From: an uncultured virus (IMG/VR IMGVR_UViG_3300010354_000066)
Taxonomy: Duplodnaviria > Heunggongvirae > Uroviricota > Caudoviricetes
DNA length: 64,000 nucleotides
Reading direction: 5' to 3' (one strand)
IMG/VR virus record: IMGVR_UViG_3300010354_000066
Location: 1-64,000 of that record
Shown: positions 20,201 to 29,000 of the stretch, piece by piece
Layout: every line of letters starts with the position of its first letter
Numbering within the stretch: position 1 is the stretch's first letter
Made by a program: the position numbers and the translations under genes
The notes under the pieces: generated by a model
Databases searched by the model: none
The model's input: only the letters and a program-made list of their open reading frames with translations
Told to the model about the DNA's origin: nothing

Positions 20201-20909
20201 AGCAATAACTGGAGAAAAATTTATTCCAGAAACTAGAAAAAAGGAACTAGCACTAGAAGAGTACGCAGACATATTAACATATGTAAAGAATACTAGGTTG
20301 GCAAATATGGCAGAGGCGTCTGGCGACAGAGGCGCAGCTTTCCAATTTAGATCTGCAGCAAAAAGAACAATGTATGGAGCTCCTATAGAAGATATTAATT
20401 CCGGTAAATATGGAACTGATATAGAAAGTTTATCTTTAGCTATTCCAAAAAGAAAAAGAGAACACTTTAAAGCGATGATAAATGCTCCGGTTGAAGAACG
20501 TCAACAAATACTTTCTACAGCTGGAAGACTAGAAAGAAGAATATATCAGGCTGCTTGGGGAATGAATGTAGAACGTAGACCAGACTTAGTGGATTACTTT
20601 AGCAGACACGAACTACCCGCTGAACATTGGGAGGGTTGGCACCCAAATACCAATATGGATCAAGTAAAAATTAAGATGGGTCAATCAATGGGTCTACAAA
20701 TGTCACAAATGGGTTACTATCCACAACAGATACAAGAAGCAAATCTTACAAACCCAAGTTATCCAAAATTTGGACAATCCAATTCTGGGGCTGACATAGC
20801 CTATCAGTTAAGGTCGCTAATGAATGGGATGGGTGTAACAGGAACAGTTACTCCAGTAATGAATCCTTTTGGTTCTCAGCAAATTGATATAAGCGCAGGT
20901 GTTAGATAG
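14247..20909 (+). CDS. Tape-measure-like/ejected protein (2220 aa)
   Basis: Follows the chaperones. Ala/Gly/Arg-rich, predominantly helical-looking, with hydrophobic segments near both ends (FLGTAAATMGSMFVLS; PLAAASALAVTGTFFG..LISSAVGAITGLVV). TTG start with AGGA RBS. Confidence 0.65.
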   Translation: MIRDPGPIKNLGYSVTSRDIPNTQDEERGDAPNSTFVSRALNNHPVLRFLGTAAATMGSMFVLSKVTKQGGLRLAKTLQDQASVKPDGLSSRALRSLTEFRRELDALEGVSRSIDGVDPNQLDPYSQLVFERGGKLTTGTIKNNQYFTKNELAQAGKGTEYEPAAIWSARDSFQARMVKSARRLPYELPALYVGQKALVDPIFGGREDKAKVNWYNPVDVVTDFVKESSTALVTMMLPFEAAGAAAGNARHSIMTFRQSMGDVTRSMGVNTFKTRAAQKFVDLSDVLSEVGHDLSKITNQALKVSAQTSGGIQAATKQYYADRPNLPAILSAVRNTRARESWAASSGQNTLKRAATFGRRLAFGDGADGSFGYIDLLPGLRGLGSSVRQGINEFRKVGAGYDVINRSVEFDAMVRSGTSRGIISDASDLTSVIKRIQSGYGNRMSRLAQKIESTGGGGVGSGSFYTSEFFRGQEQSAYKEVLQRAILKNAGRTNDEAFEKLTNNFVNQIHVERGVTEVSRKITIGKTKILKEGDEAFEEILTRFSGTANTNIPGGFLTTDALRSSIDDATRVFEGREFQAQLRRRAEKAWSAVSDQGFPAVASKILKTKKASFEDFSDLNNLTSAKRDFLIKRSAQRMGVQLKHSDGRDVSEAVLSNRLAGLGIDTSNLLQMRSFLVREKQISSGIFAGGYNILGLRPMTLDEGFEKGIFSNLTDDSQNIIRDIGKRVALQDPTTTSASVSVLRDTYVTRSGNVLDFSGIRQSISNVGNFFARDLKIPILNFNPAQMLGKGSFDEMSGRAPFQIVQGKITQPFLSEADQASDFYLFFSGGRTKGQVMAFNREAMTGGYQARQLEGFYRPLKRGSLGILSRQARNAASEKNAKSLNELNALKLDENGNPINRSKLFKALRISPQKELQFREKFDIDFEQPNSLPGLLKRFAQRKTDVDNPAFFARILKGETVNVKGKNYKLDVGAEASSAVRIVDDSGAEMISEGEFLRAFERFRKSTFGTAMPRKAMKSIEDRGVGTFYGQRTSDLNNAQDTIAFAQRILARATDDAAQLRSRGFDTDTFYMMGSRIRKLLEEADLMSGSHIAAKSPTILTREDQLKDEIFRYLIQRDELLAQGAAGATGRSYGNAFIQINQAISEMSGQLPAGQLAEAQAAAFSTLLNLSSFRANRSNLSNLAVQRGSVREAASIIKGNAEKGISGVEKLLDPYVRGTTARIGEIGKSGLFKQLVYPKLSTAPYSMSDFASDALGSTRGPGADVLLTPTFGTVFGRDPFAAIKSVLGINTFNNTQGYSSASAAFSHGVERLNKYFGTLGLQLDVNKYSSPLSLFASGMVGKRVLPIYAAGTGIMTVDRTIGGMVNEKDERGERVYSPFFIGGAAKVAGNLHALGAGITPGGMNFQEKKEQLFEGEVAIRQGRFWPLGNTPFMGGKIMYYRPSIYRKIEAGAMFTSDTYGSPIEKALFYTDISPLRPFDPYRFERKHFVDRPYPVTGEYFSGPFGPLVPALNATVGRILKPETLMHERELAAGLANYAPAGQSGAYNAAAYISGGMTQGSVPGGPLGSGMPIPVGGVSSGGAGGMQASTNAMLAGRAGALNTAQADTRNTISSINNQYLQMAYGPSKVSGVMPQRIIPAGAPLSVGNVQVQSQELGYRTQEMLGIYGFGIGTLRENFGYGQSDFAPQRSVLQAASKAYGTSRQFWDLNLGGLGDIPLMSGSQVGSLEFSEVTRRFIPKERTDVNYINPIRNLMGQQYPFLPGPEYFTDFTTGDPFAKVQEGELRLPGVAYERLNRLRSDETGRYGLLDQYKILGDVAPYSRQYRALDKKIDTMVNDPADRIYVQDLRERTLAAQQKRQFTDYKYRYQSAQEAGSHPLPYALGRAAEYIAHRDTFINRKFLNKTTAVEDWERNNVYGATFPEWQRPVESFIEPMINKAANRNPLAAASALAVTGTFFGKTAKGKLISSAVGAITGLVVSSFNQAKEAITGEKFIPETRKKELALEEYADILTYVKNTRLANMAEASGDRGAAFQFRSAAKRTMYGAPIEDINSGKYGTDIESLSLAIPKRKREHFKAMINAPVEERQQILSTAGRLERRIYQAAWGMNVERRPDLVDYFSRHELPAEHWEGWHPNTNMDQVKIKMGQSMGLQMSQMGYYPQQIQEANLTNPSYPKFGQSNSGADIAYQLRSLMNGMGVTGTVTPVMNPFGSQQIDISAGVR

Positions 20910-23900
20910 TGGAACCGATAATAGATGTTACATCTTATTTGAATAACCTGTCAATAGACAGGCAAATGTTGATCGCAAAACAATCGCTATCTAAAACATA
21001 TTTTGGACAAAAAAGATTAATAGAACCAGTTGTTGAAGACGGAAGATTAAAATTTAAGGCAAGTTATTTTAATCCAAAACTATCTGGTATTCCAGGAATA
21101 TCGGCACAACAAGTATTTTCTACAGTAGACGAAGCTGCAACGTATGTTTCTGGTTTTGGAATAACAGAGTTAGCAAATATAAACTTTGCAGACGAACTAA
21201 GCCCATCTACATTTAGGGGTTATGAGCAAGTTCTCGCAGAAATGAATAGCGCGCTAAAAACTAATAATAGATATAAAGGCAAAACACTAAGTGCTCAGAT
21301 AGCAATTCACAAAGCTAGACAAGGAAGTAAATCTATAGGCGACTTCCTAAAAAGCATGACCGACAATGGAACTGGTTTCGTTTTCCCTACAGATGAAGGT
21401 GGAATGGCTCTTAATTTTATATTGGGAGATAAAGTTCTTAGCACATCTGAAGCGATAGAAGTTTTACAAGATACTGGAAGAGGGCTTTTTGAAGAAGAAG
21501 AATTACTTAGGGCTATATCACAAGGTGACAAAGGTCTAAGCAAATTGTTTGCAAAATTGCCAAAACGACTCAAGGGTGTTTTGTCTCCTAGAGATGTATC
21601 TCTTTCTGGATCTTTAATTGATTCATTTTTAGGATTTAATTTCCTAGACCCAACTGGCGCAGCAAACTCTGTTAGTAGAATGACTGCTCTAGCAAACGCT
21701 ACTTTAAATGTTGATAATGTATTCGAAATAATGGCTTATGCTTTTGAAGAAAACGATACTAGACTACTATCTTCTGTTGGCAAGCAAGCTGACGTAATGT
21801 CTTACGTAAGATCAATTAGATCTAAAGATGATGCTCTTTCCGTAATTAAATCACCTTTATCAGAATTAATTGGCGTTGAAAATGAAAAACTAACTGCACA
21901 AGGAAAGGCCTTATTAGATATAGATGATGTTCAAAATAGGTTAAAAACTTTTATAAATGAAATAGCAAATTCTGGCCAAATAGACGCTGCAACCGGTGAA
22001 TATGGAATAGATATAGCAAAGAAAAAATTAAAAGAAAAAGTAAAGTCTAAATTTTTTTCTGAATCTGAAGGTAAAATTATTGAAAACCTTTTTGATGAAA
22101 TAGAAAAAGGATATGACGGTTCTTCTCTAATTAATAAAAACAATATTGATAATGTTAGAGCTCAACTAAGAAAAGAAAAAGCAAGTTTAGCTACAAAATT
22201 TGATGAAGATTCAATAACTAGAAGAATAGAAATAGATAGACAATTAGTTCAACTAAATGAACAAATGTCTCAAATGACTGTTCGTGGTTCAGTAAGAATA
22301 GGCAATAGAGATGTCAACTATAAATCGGCAGCACAAGTTGTTAATTTCTTAGATCGTTTTGATAAGTATGGAATTATAACGAGTATATCTGGACTAAAAA
22401 GAGATACGTCAATTGCAGCAGGTACTGCAATTTTAAACCTTAGCGGTGCAGCAGAATCTACAAGTAGAGTCTATTCTGACCCAATGCTAACAGCCTTTCA
22501 TCAAGCTATTTTTGGTGAACCAGAAGAACTTGCTATGATAGAAAAATATAGAAAAGGAGTTCTTGATGAATTTGAAGCTCTTTTAGCAAGAGGAAGAATT
22601 AATGAAGATCATAATGTCATGAAGGCAATTAGAAAAATTTCCTCACAGGACATAGATGCCTTACCTGAAGAGCAACAATTTAGTAAGATGTTAAACAGAG
22701 ACTGGGCAAAAAGGGTTCTTGAACTTCATCAAAGTGGAGTTTCAATTAGAGATTCAAATGAGTATTTAAACTTATTAAAAGTATATTATGATTCAGAATT
22801 ATTTGTAAGCAGAAAGGGAATGAAACTTCCAGTTCTTCCAGAAGTTTATAGATATGCAATTAACTCAGAAGCTGTTGCAATGGGAGCAACAAAAGGTGGA
22901 AGAATACTTCTAGATAGTGTTCCAGAGGCATTTGATATTGTCGTAGACAAAGATAAAACTATAAATGTTAAGATGGCTAAATTTAGAATATCTAATCATA
23001 ATATTTTATTCCATGAAAATGATATCAGAAGATTCTACCACGCCTTAGGCGGATTCGACCTTGACGATAAGGGGTTGCCAATCTTGGGCACATTTGAATC
23101 AGGTGGCAAAAGAAGATTTGCAGCCGCAATGGCTCGTCAACCGACGGCAGCCGGAGAATTGATAGGCTTAACTAGATTTAGTGATCTTGAAACTTATCAG
23201 GAATTATTTGGCAATAATAAACTATTTATGCGTCAATTAGATGAAATGCTAGTCGGTAGTAGTGATTTAGATTTATCTACTTTAAAAACAGCATTAACTG
23301 GTAAAGATTTTATAGGTGATATGTTTGATATGAATAATATAGAACAAACTGCCATAAGAGTCTGGGATGAACTATATCAAAATAAAGGAAGAAAATTTGA
23401 CGCCGCTTTTCTTCAAAGACTTGGAAGAACGGCATCAGAAAATCTTTCAGCAACTCAGTTAATTGCACGCGGTGCTGAAGACCCAATGCTTATGTCATTA
23501 GGTTTCCAAAGATTAAAGGCAGAAGTGGAGACCATGCAAGTTGCTGATGAGTTATTTAATAAGCTATCTCCACATTTGTCTGCGACTCAAATACAGTCAA
23601 TGAAAGATCTTGCAAAAGCAGGCGATTCCGAAGCACTCTATAAGGCAGTAAGCTCTATAGACTACAAGATACTTAATCAAGTAGTGTCTGAAGATTTCTT
23701 AAAGAGAAGTGTTCAAACTGCAATAGAAAATGAAAATATACTTGGCGTATATGTCAATAGGTCTACTGTTATTGGTCAAGGTTTATATGAATTTGAGCAA
23801 ATGTTTAAAGGAAATAAACTGCCTGCAAATATAGAGGAAATATTAAAACAAAAAAACATAATGCTTGGCCTGCTTCCAGCTGAAACCGCAATTGACATGA

Positions 23901-25582
23901 CTCAAACGTTTACCTCTGGACGTTTAATATTAAAGCATACTTCTGAACTCGCTGCATCTGATCCAAGTATAGCAAAAACAGCTTTAGAAAGAATATATGG
24001 ACAACAAGCTCTTAATTTAGGACAATTTGGAGAAACAACAATGCGCCAGTACGGAAAGTTATTTGGCTTTCTATCTCAATATCAAGGCTTTGATGCAAAG
24101 ATTGATGAAGTTCTATTATCCAGTGGAAAATTGAGTAAATCAGATCTAACAATAATCGCTGAAGGAATTTCTCAAGGAATGGTTGAAGGCGGTGCAAACG
24201 CTGAAGATATTAAGCAGTTTAATGACGCAGTTGCTGGTGGTCACGAAGAAGTTGAGAAGCTACTAAGATCAAGAGGATTTATAGGTGTTGGAAAACTATC
24301 AGAAATGGAAGCAGCAGCAAACATATCAGAAAGATACAGTAGCGCACTATTTAAGCTATATTCGACAAGAAGCGCATCACAAGAACAACTATTAGCAGCA
24401 GATATTACTAGAGAGTCTAGAATAGCTGCAGAAAATATCTTAGATCGCAATAGTCAAATTATTTCCTCTATAAAAGAAATAATGGATCAACAAGGTGATG
24501 CAAACTTAGAAGAAATGGCCAAGTATCGTATGGAAAATTTAAAGTTCCAACTTGGTGACAGACTTCTTGCAGACATGGAAGATGTAAGTAGGACCATGGG
24601 CATAAGTGGCTATGAATTAATTAGCTCTTTGGAATATGTTTCTTCTCAAAGAAAATATCCACTTGGTTTATTAGAAAAACTACCAGATACAACTTTGATT
24701 GGAGATGGTGTTGAAAGGGCACATACTCTACATAGATACTTAGATATGGCGCAAAAAAGAAGAAATTATCAACGAGCAACTTCAAATGTCGCATTAAAAG
24801 ATTTTATTGAATCATTAACTTTTAGTCCAGAACAAAGAGCCGGCATATTAAATACCTCTATGGATTTTGATTTTGTAGATGGATTTTTCTCCTCAAATGG
24901 AGAACAGTATGGCAGGGCTGATGTCATTAAGAGCTTGCTATTAGACAAAGAAGCTGCAGAGGCAACCGCACAAGAGGTTCAAATTAGTAGTGCGATTAGG
25001 GCAAGGGTTGTTTATGAGCAAGCTCAAATAAACGACTCTAAAGCAGCTGCCTTTGTTAATGGATCAAACGCATCAGGAAATGTATTAAGGTCGGCTGATC
25101 AAATCGCTGATGATACACCAGACGTAGTTGCAGATACTCTTCGAGCTCTTTCAGATGAAAGATCTCCGACAAAAAAGGCAAGATTCCAAAGGATTACTAA
25201 AGAATATTTATCGGAACAGTTAGCTAAGCCCACTGTTAGAAATATTGCTATTGGAACAGGACTTGCCGTAGCTGCAAGTTTTATATATCAAGGGTCTAAG
25301 GATAGAACTGCTGAGGATATAAGTGGTCCACCACTACTACCTGGAGGATCTGCATATGAATCAGACTATCCTAGAAAGTTATCAGAAATTGCTGCAATGT
25401 CAGGAAAAAGTTATAATCCAGGTATGAATTATAAAGTTTCCCTCTATGGAAATAGAGATCAGGTAGAAAGTTTTAGACAAGCTGCTTCAGGACTTACTAA
25501 TGGAAATATTAACAGTACTATGTATAATAGAATCCCTGATGTAGCTTCAAATCCGTACCAGGAAATAGCCGGATCTTTTTAG
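20909..25582 (+). CDS. Large protein, candidate divergent single-subunit two-barrel RNA polymerase with a C-terminal hydrophobic helix
   Basis: Motifs GYDGSSLI (D403), MTVRG (R459), YKS (K472), IITSISGLK (K497), LGGFDLDDK (D717/D719/D720), RQPT (R743), LGVYVN (945-950), AID (D996); see findings. The ORF is certain, the function is inferred. Confidence 0.55.
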   Translation: MEPIIDVTSYLNNLSIDRQMLIAKQSLSKTYFGQKRLIEPVVEDGRLKFKASYFNPKLSGIPGISAQQVFSTVDEAATYVSGFGITELANINFADELSPSTFRGYEQVLAEMNSALKTNNRYKGKTLSAQIAIHKARQGSKSIGDFLKSMTDNGTGFVFPTDEGGMALNFILGDKVLSTSEAIEVLQDTGRGLFEEEELLRAISQGDKGLSKLFAKLPKRLKGVLSPRDVSLSGSLIDSFLGFNFLDPTGAANSVSRMTALANATLNVDNVFEIMAYAFEENDTRLLSSVGKQADVMSYVRSIRSKDDALSVIKSPLSELIGVENEKLTAQGKALLDIDDVQNRLKTFINEIANSGQIDAATGEYGIDIAKKKLKEKVKSKFFSESEGKIIENLFDEIEKGYDGSSLINKNNIDNVRAQLRKEKASLATKFDEDSITRRIEIDRQLVQLNEQMSQMTVRGSVRIGNRDVNYKSAAQVVNFLDRFDKYGIITSISGLKRDTSIAAGTAILNLSGAAESTSRVYSDPMLTAFHQAIFGEPEELAMIEKYRKGVLDEFEALLARGRINEDHNVMKAIRKISSQDIDALPEEQQFSKMLNRDWAKRVLELHQSGVSIRDSNEYLNLLKVYYDSELFVSRKGMKLPVLPEVYRYAINSEAVAMGATKGGRILLDSVPEAFDIVVDKDKTINVKMAKFRISNHNILFHENDIRRFYHALGGFDLDDKGLPILGTFESGGKRRFAAAMARQPTAAGELIGLTRFSDLETYQELFGNNKLFMRQLDEMLVGSSDLDLSTLKTALTGKDFIGDMFDMNNIEQTAIRVWDELYQNKGRKFDAAFLQRLGRTASENLSATQLIARGAEDPMLMSLGFQRLKAEVETMQVADELFNKLSPHLSATQIQSMKDLAKAGDSEALYKAVSSIDYKILNQVVSEDFLKRSVQTAIENENILGVYVNRSTVIGQGLYEFEQMFKGNKLPANIEEILKQKNIMLGLLPAETAIDMTQTFTSGRLILKHTSELAASDPSIAKTALERIYGQQALNLGQFGETTMRQYGKLFGFLSQYQGFDAKIDEVLLSSGKLSKSDLTIIAEGISQGMVEGGANAEDIKQFNDAVAGGHEEVEKLLRSRGFIGVGKLSEMEAAANISERYSSALFKLYSTRSASQEQLLAADITRESRIAAENILDRNSQIISSIKEIMDQQGDANLEEMAKYRMENLKFQLGDRLLADMEDVSRTMGISGYELISSLEYVSSQRKYPLGLLEKLPDTTLIGDGVERAHTLHRYLDMAQKRRNYQRATSNVALKDFIESLTFSPEQRAGILNTSMDFDFVDGFFSSNGEQYGRADVIKSLLLDKEAAEATAQEVQISSAIRARVVYEQAQINDSKAAAFVNGSNASGNVLRSADQIADDTPDVVADTLRALSDERSPTKKARFQRITKEYLSEQLAKPTVRNIAIGTGLAVAASFIYQGSKDRTAEDISGPPLLPGGSAYESDYPRKLSEIAAMSGKSYNPGMNYKVSLYGNRDQVESFRQAASGLTNGNINSTMYNRIPDVASNPYQEIAGSF

Positions 25583-25593
25583 GATAATTAACT

Positions 25594-26040
25594 ATGATTT
25601 TAGGTGTAAAAGATCAAAATAAAGCACTAAGCGCTGCTGGAAAACAGCCTAAAGACACCTCTCATAGAACTCTCACTGCCAATAAGTACGCAGCTAAAAT
25701 ATCATCTTCTAAATCACCGGCAAGAAATGTAGTCTCTGATTCTAGACAAAAGATACAAGCTACAGGTAAGTCTGACAAGCTTAAAGGTTCATTTGAAGGA
25801 ATGGACAACTCATCTTCTACCTATATACAAATGAATGGTACTGGCTATGATAATAAATCTCAACAAAAAGCCAGGTATTCAAAAGATGTCAGCAACAGAG
25901 TAAATGCAAATTTTATTCAAAATTCCTTTAATTTGGAAACAAAATCTAGTATAATTAATAACTACAGTTCTTCAACCATGAAGGATTCTTCCAGCGATAG
26001 ATTAAAAACTATTATTAGAAATAACATGATGTTTAAGTAG
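25594..26040 (+). CDS. Small basic Lys/Ser-rich hypothetical protein
   Basis: 148 aa, AGGA RBS, low complexity, few hydrophobic residues. Confidence 0.55.
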   Translation: MILGVKDQNKALSAAGKQPKDTSHRTLTANKYAAKISSSKSPARNVVSDSRQKIQATGKSDKLKGSFEGMDNSSSTYIQMNGTGYDNKSQQKARYSKDVSNRVNANFIQNSFNLETKSSIINNYSSSTMKDSSSDRLKTIIRNNMMFK

Positions 26041-26045
26041 GCTTT

Positions 26046-29000
26046 ATGGCAATAAATTCAATAGCACGACAAGCTCTTACATATATAGCTGAAAGCGACT
26101 TAGACTATACCACCCTAAGCGCCTATCTATCAGATCAGTCCGTTTCTACATCTAGCCTATCTGCGTTCCTTCAGTTTGGCGATAACGTAGATTTATCTAC
26201 TCCAGATATAACCGGTTCACAGTTAATTAATTTAGACTTTAATGATAAATATTCTTTAGCCTTATACAAAAAATCTGTATCGATTTTTATATCTGGAACA
26301 GCAATAAATACGTCTTTAGTATTAGATGAATATCTTAGTGTTATAAGCGCTAGATTTGGGGTTTTGCAAAATCCAGGTCTTTCTACTGAAGCAGATATAA
26401 TAAATCACTTTGTAACAAACTATGCATATACGGATGCGGATGAAAAGGTAACTAAATTTTTAGCATCTAAAATATTGGAAAGAATAACAATATGGTATGA
26501 AACATCTATAGATGTTGGCATTAATGATGAAATGCTAGAGCAGCTTCTTGCATTTGAAGAAAGATTGGTTTCCGAAGAAACAGTAGAAGACGAAAAAAAT
26601 TATGAAGAAGATGAAGCAATTTACCAAGTTCAGAGGTTCTTTAGTTTAATATATTTTGGCGCCAACGACGGAACTGAAGTAGACCCAATGGAAGAATTTT
26701 TCCAAAAGACAAGAAAAGATGAAATTACAGAAAAAAATGTAAGAGCAACTTCGAGGGTTTTTGGCATAGATATTAAAAATCTTTTAAATACTTCAGAAGA
26801 AGAAACTTTAGCTAGAAGTATATATTCCAGGTTAGAATCTACCGGTTTAATCTACTTGGCATCCTATGCCTATGAAATAGGAGAGTTTGCTAAGAAAAGA
26901 CTGCAAAATATAGCAACAGTTAAAAAATCTGCAAATGATTTTATAGATCCATCGGTAGATACTCCATGGTTACAACAACTAAGTCAAGTTGTTTATAGTC
27001 TTCAGCAAGATCCTATTTCATTCTCTATAATAAACCACTATTTCCCATCATTGCTGACGTTTGTTTTTGATGCTATAGCTGTTGTTGGCGACTATTCAAA
27101 TAACGGAAAGGGTGGAGGCCAAGAGGATACTCTTAATAATATGGCAGACGCTATTCTTTCGCTAGAAAAAGCATTTGGTGTTAGTCAATCTGGTAAGCCA
27201 ATATTTACTTTAGCTGGCACAGAAAAGTTTTATACAACTTCAGAAAGAATTAAAAAAGCTTTACAAGATTTTCCATTCAGGGCAAATATACCACCTAGAA
27301 AACCAGATATCTTTCATTTAAGACTAGGAGCTGCAAACTTTTATGTTCCACCAGTTTCTGTTAGTGTTAATTCTGCATTTAAAACTGGATCCCTTACAGG
27401 TGGTGCAATACGTCAAAGAAACACTCCAAAGTTTAATGCTGGATACAAAGAAACCACGGTATCGTTAAGATTATTTTTCCCTAACTATGAAGAAATATGG
27501 GGTCTCTCAATAGACGACGCTTCTAGCTTAGATTTAAATGAAAACTTTACTATAGATTTCAAAAATGGTGGAGACTCAGAAGATAAAATAGATAAGTTCT
27601 TATCCTCACTCAGAGGTTTAGTTGCAGCGTTTAAGTATTCTCCAATTCTACCAATCAAGAATCAGTATATAAACTCTGTGCACGGAATTACAGCTGTTGC
27701 ACTATCCGCTATGTCTATATCAACAATACCAAGTTATCCATTTGCATTAGTAGTTGACTTAGAATTATACAGTTATAATCACAAGCCATTCTTGCCAATG
27801 ATTAAAGATTTTAATCAGGCTATTCACTGGGGTAAATATCGTCAATATATGGGCAAAGCCGCAGGAGAAATGCATAGATATGTTAGTGAGGCGTTTTTAT
27901 TAAAGACATCAGATGATAAAGCTACAAATCAAGCGGATACGTATGAGGTTAGTCCATACGGCGCAATGCCAGTAGATACAACTGATGAAGATGGCATCTT
28001 GGCAGAAAACTTAGAATATGTTAACACTTACGATAATGATGTACTGTCTACAAATATAGTTACTCAATGGAAAGATGGAAGCAATCTAACTTTGTTTGTT
28101 CCAGCAGAGACACAAACAAAAATATTCCTACCAGACAGCACTTCTTTTAGAAGTGAGCAAGAAAAAATATTAAACGAAACTAGTTCTGGTCTTTGGGATA
28201 GAATTCTAGAAAATTTTGGAATTGATCGTACAAGTCTTACACCATTAATAAAAGATATTAATGACATATCTTCTCTTTCGTTAGAATCAACTTATCCATT
28301 ATCCACTAAAAAGTTTGTTCGTCAAGCAATTGACATTATGACAGCAGGCACCAGTACTGACGACTTTAGAGAAAAAGTATATGCGTATAAAGTAGAATCA
28401 TTTATTTCAGAAAATATAACTAGAATAGATTCAGAACAAGCAAGTTGGTTAAGAAATTATCCTGGCGAAAATGCAAGTCCATCTCTTCATTTTAATCAAT
28501 ATCCAACAATTGGTTCTGAATCTTATTATAGAAATAATGAGATTGTTAAAAATCCAGAAGGAGATAACGCAAGTCTTAATTATATTAAGTACTCTATTTA
28601 CAATGAGTCGTCTGCCTCTGGATCAATAGTAGATGAATTGGTTAATCAAGAAGTTCTTCGTCAACAAAAGAGCACTGGTATTACTGAAGTAGATCAAGAT
28701 AAAATTCGTCAACAAATAACTGACGCTTTCCAGGTAAATCTATATGAAAGATTCTTTAAGGATGGATTCGTAAAGAACTTAATGGAAGCAGTTCGGTTAA
28801 GAGAAGGTGATTACCATTTTAACGAATGGGAAGTTCCTATGACTAGAGTTGACCTAAACCCTAAAGAGGCCATTGTTAATGGTGTAAGCGTTACTATGGG
28901 TAACAATTTGGCAAAGCTGCAAGTTCAAATGCAGGACGAACCAACTTATCAATTTATAGGTGGCAAAGATACATATATAAATATTTCTTTAACTGTTTTT

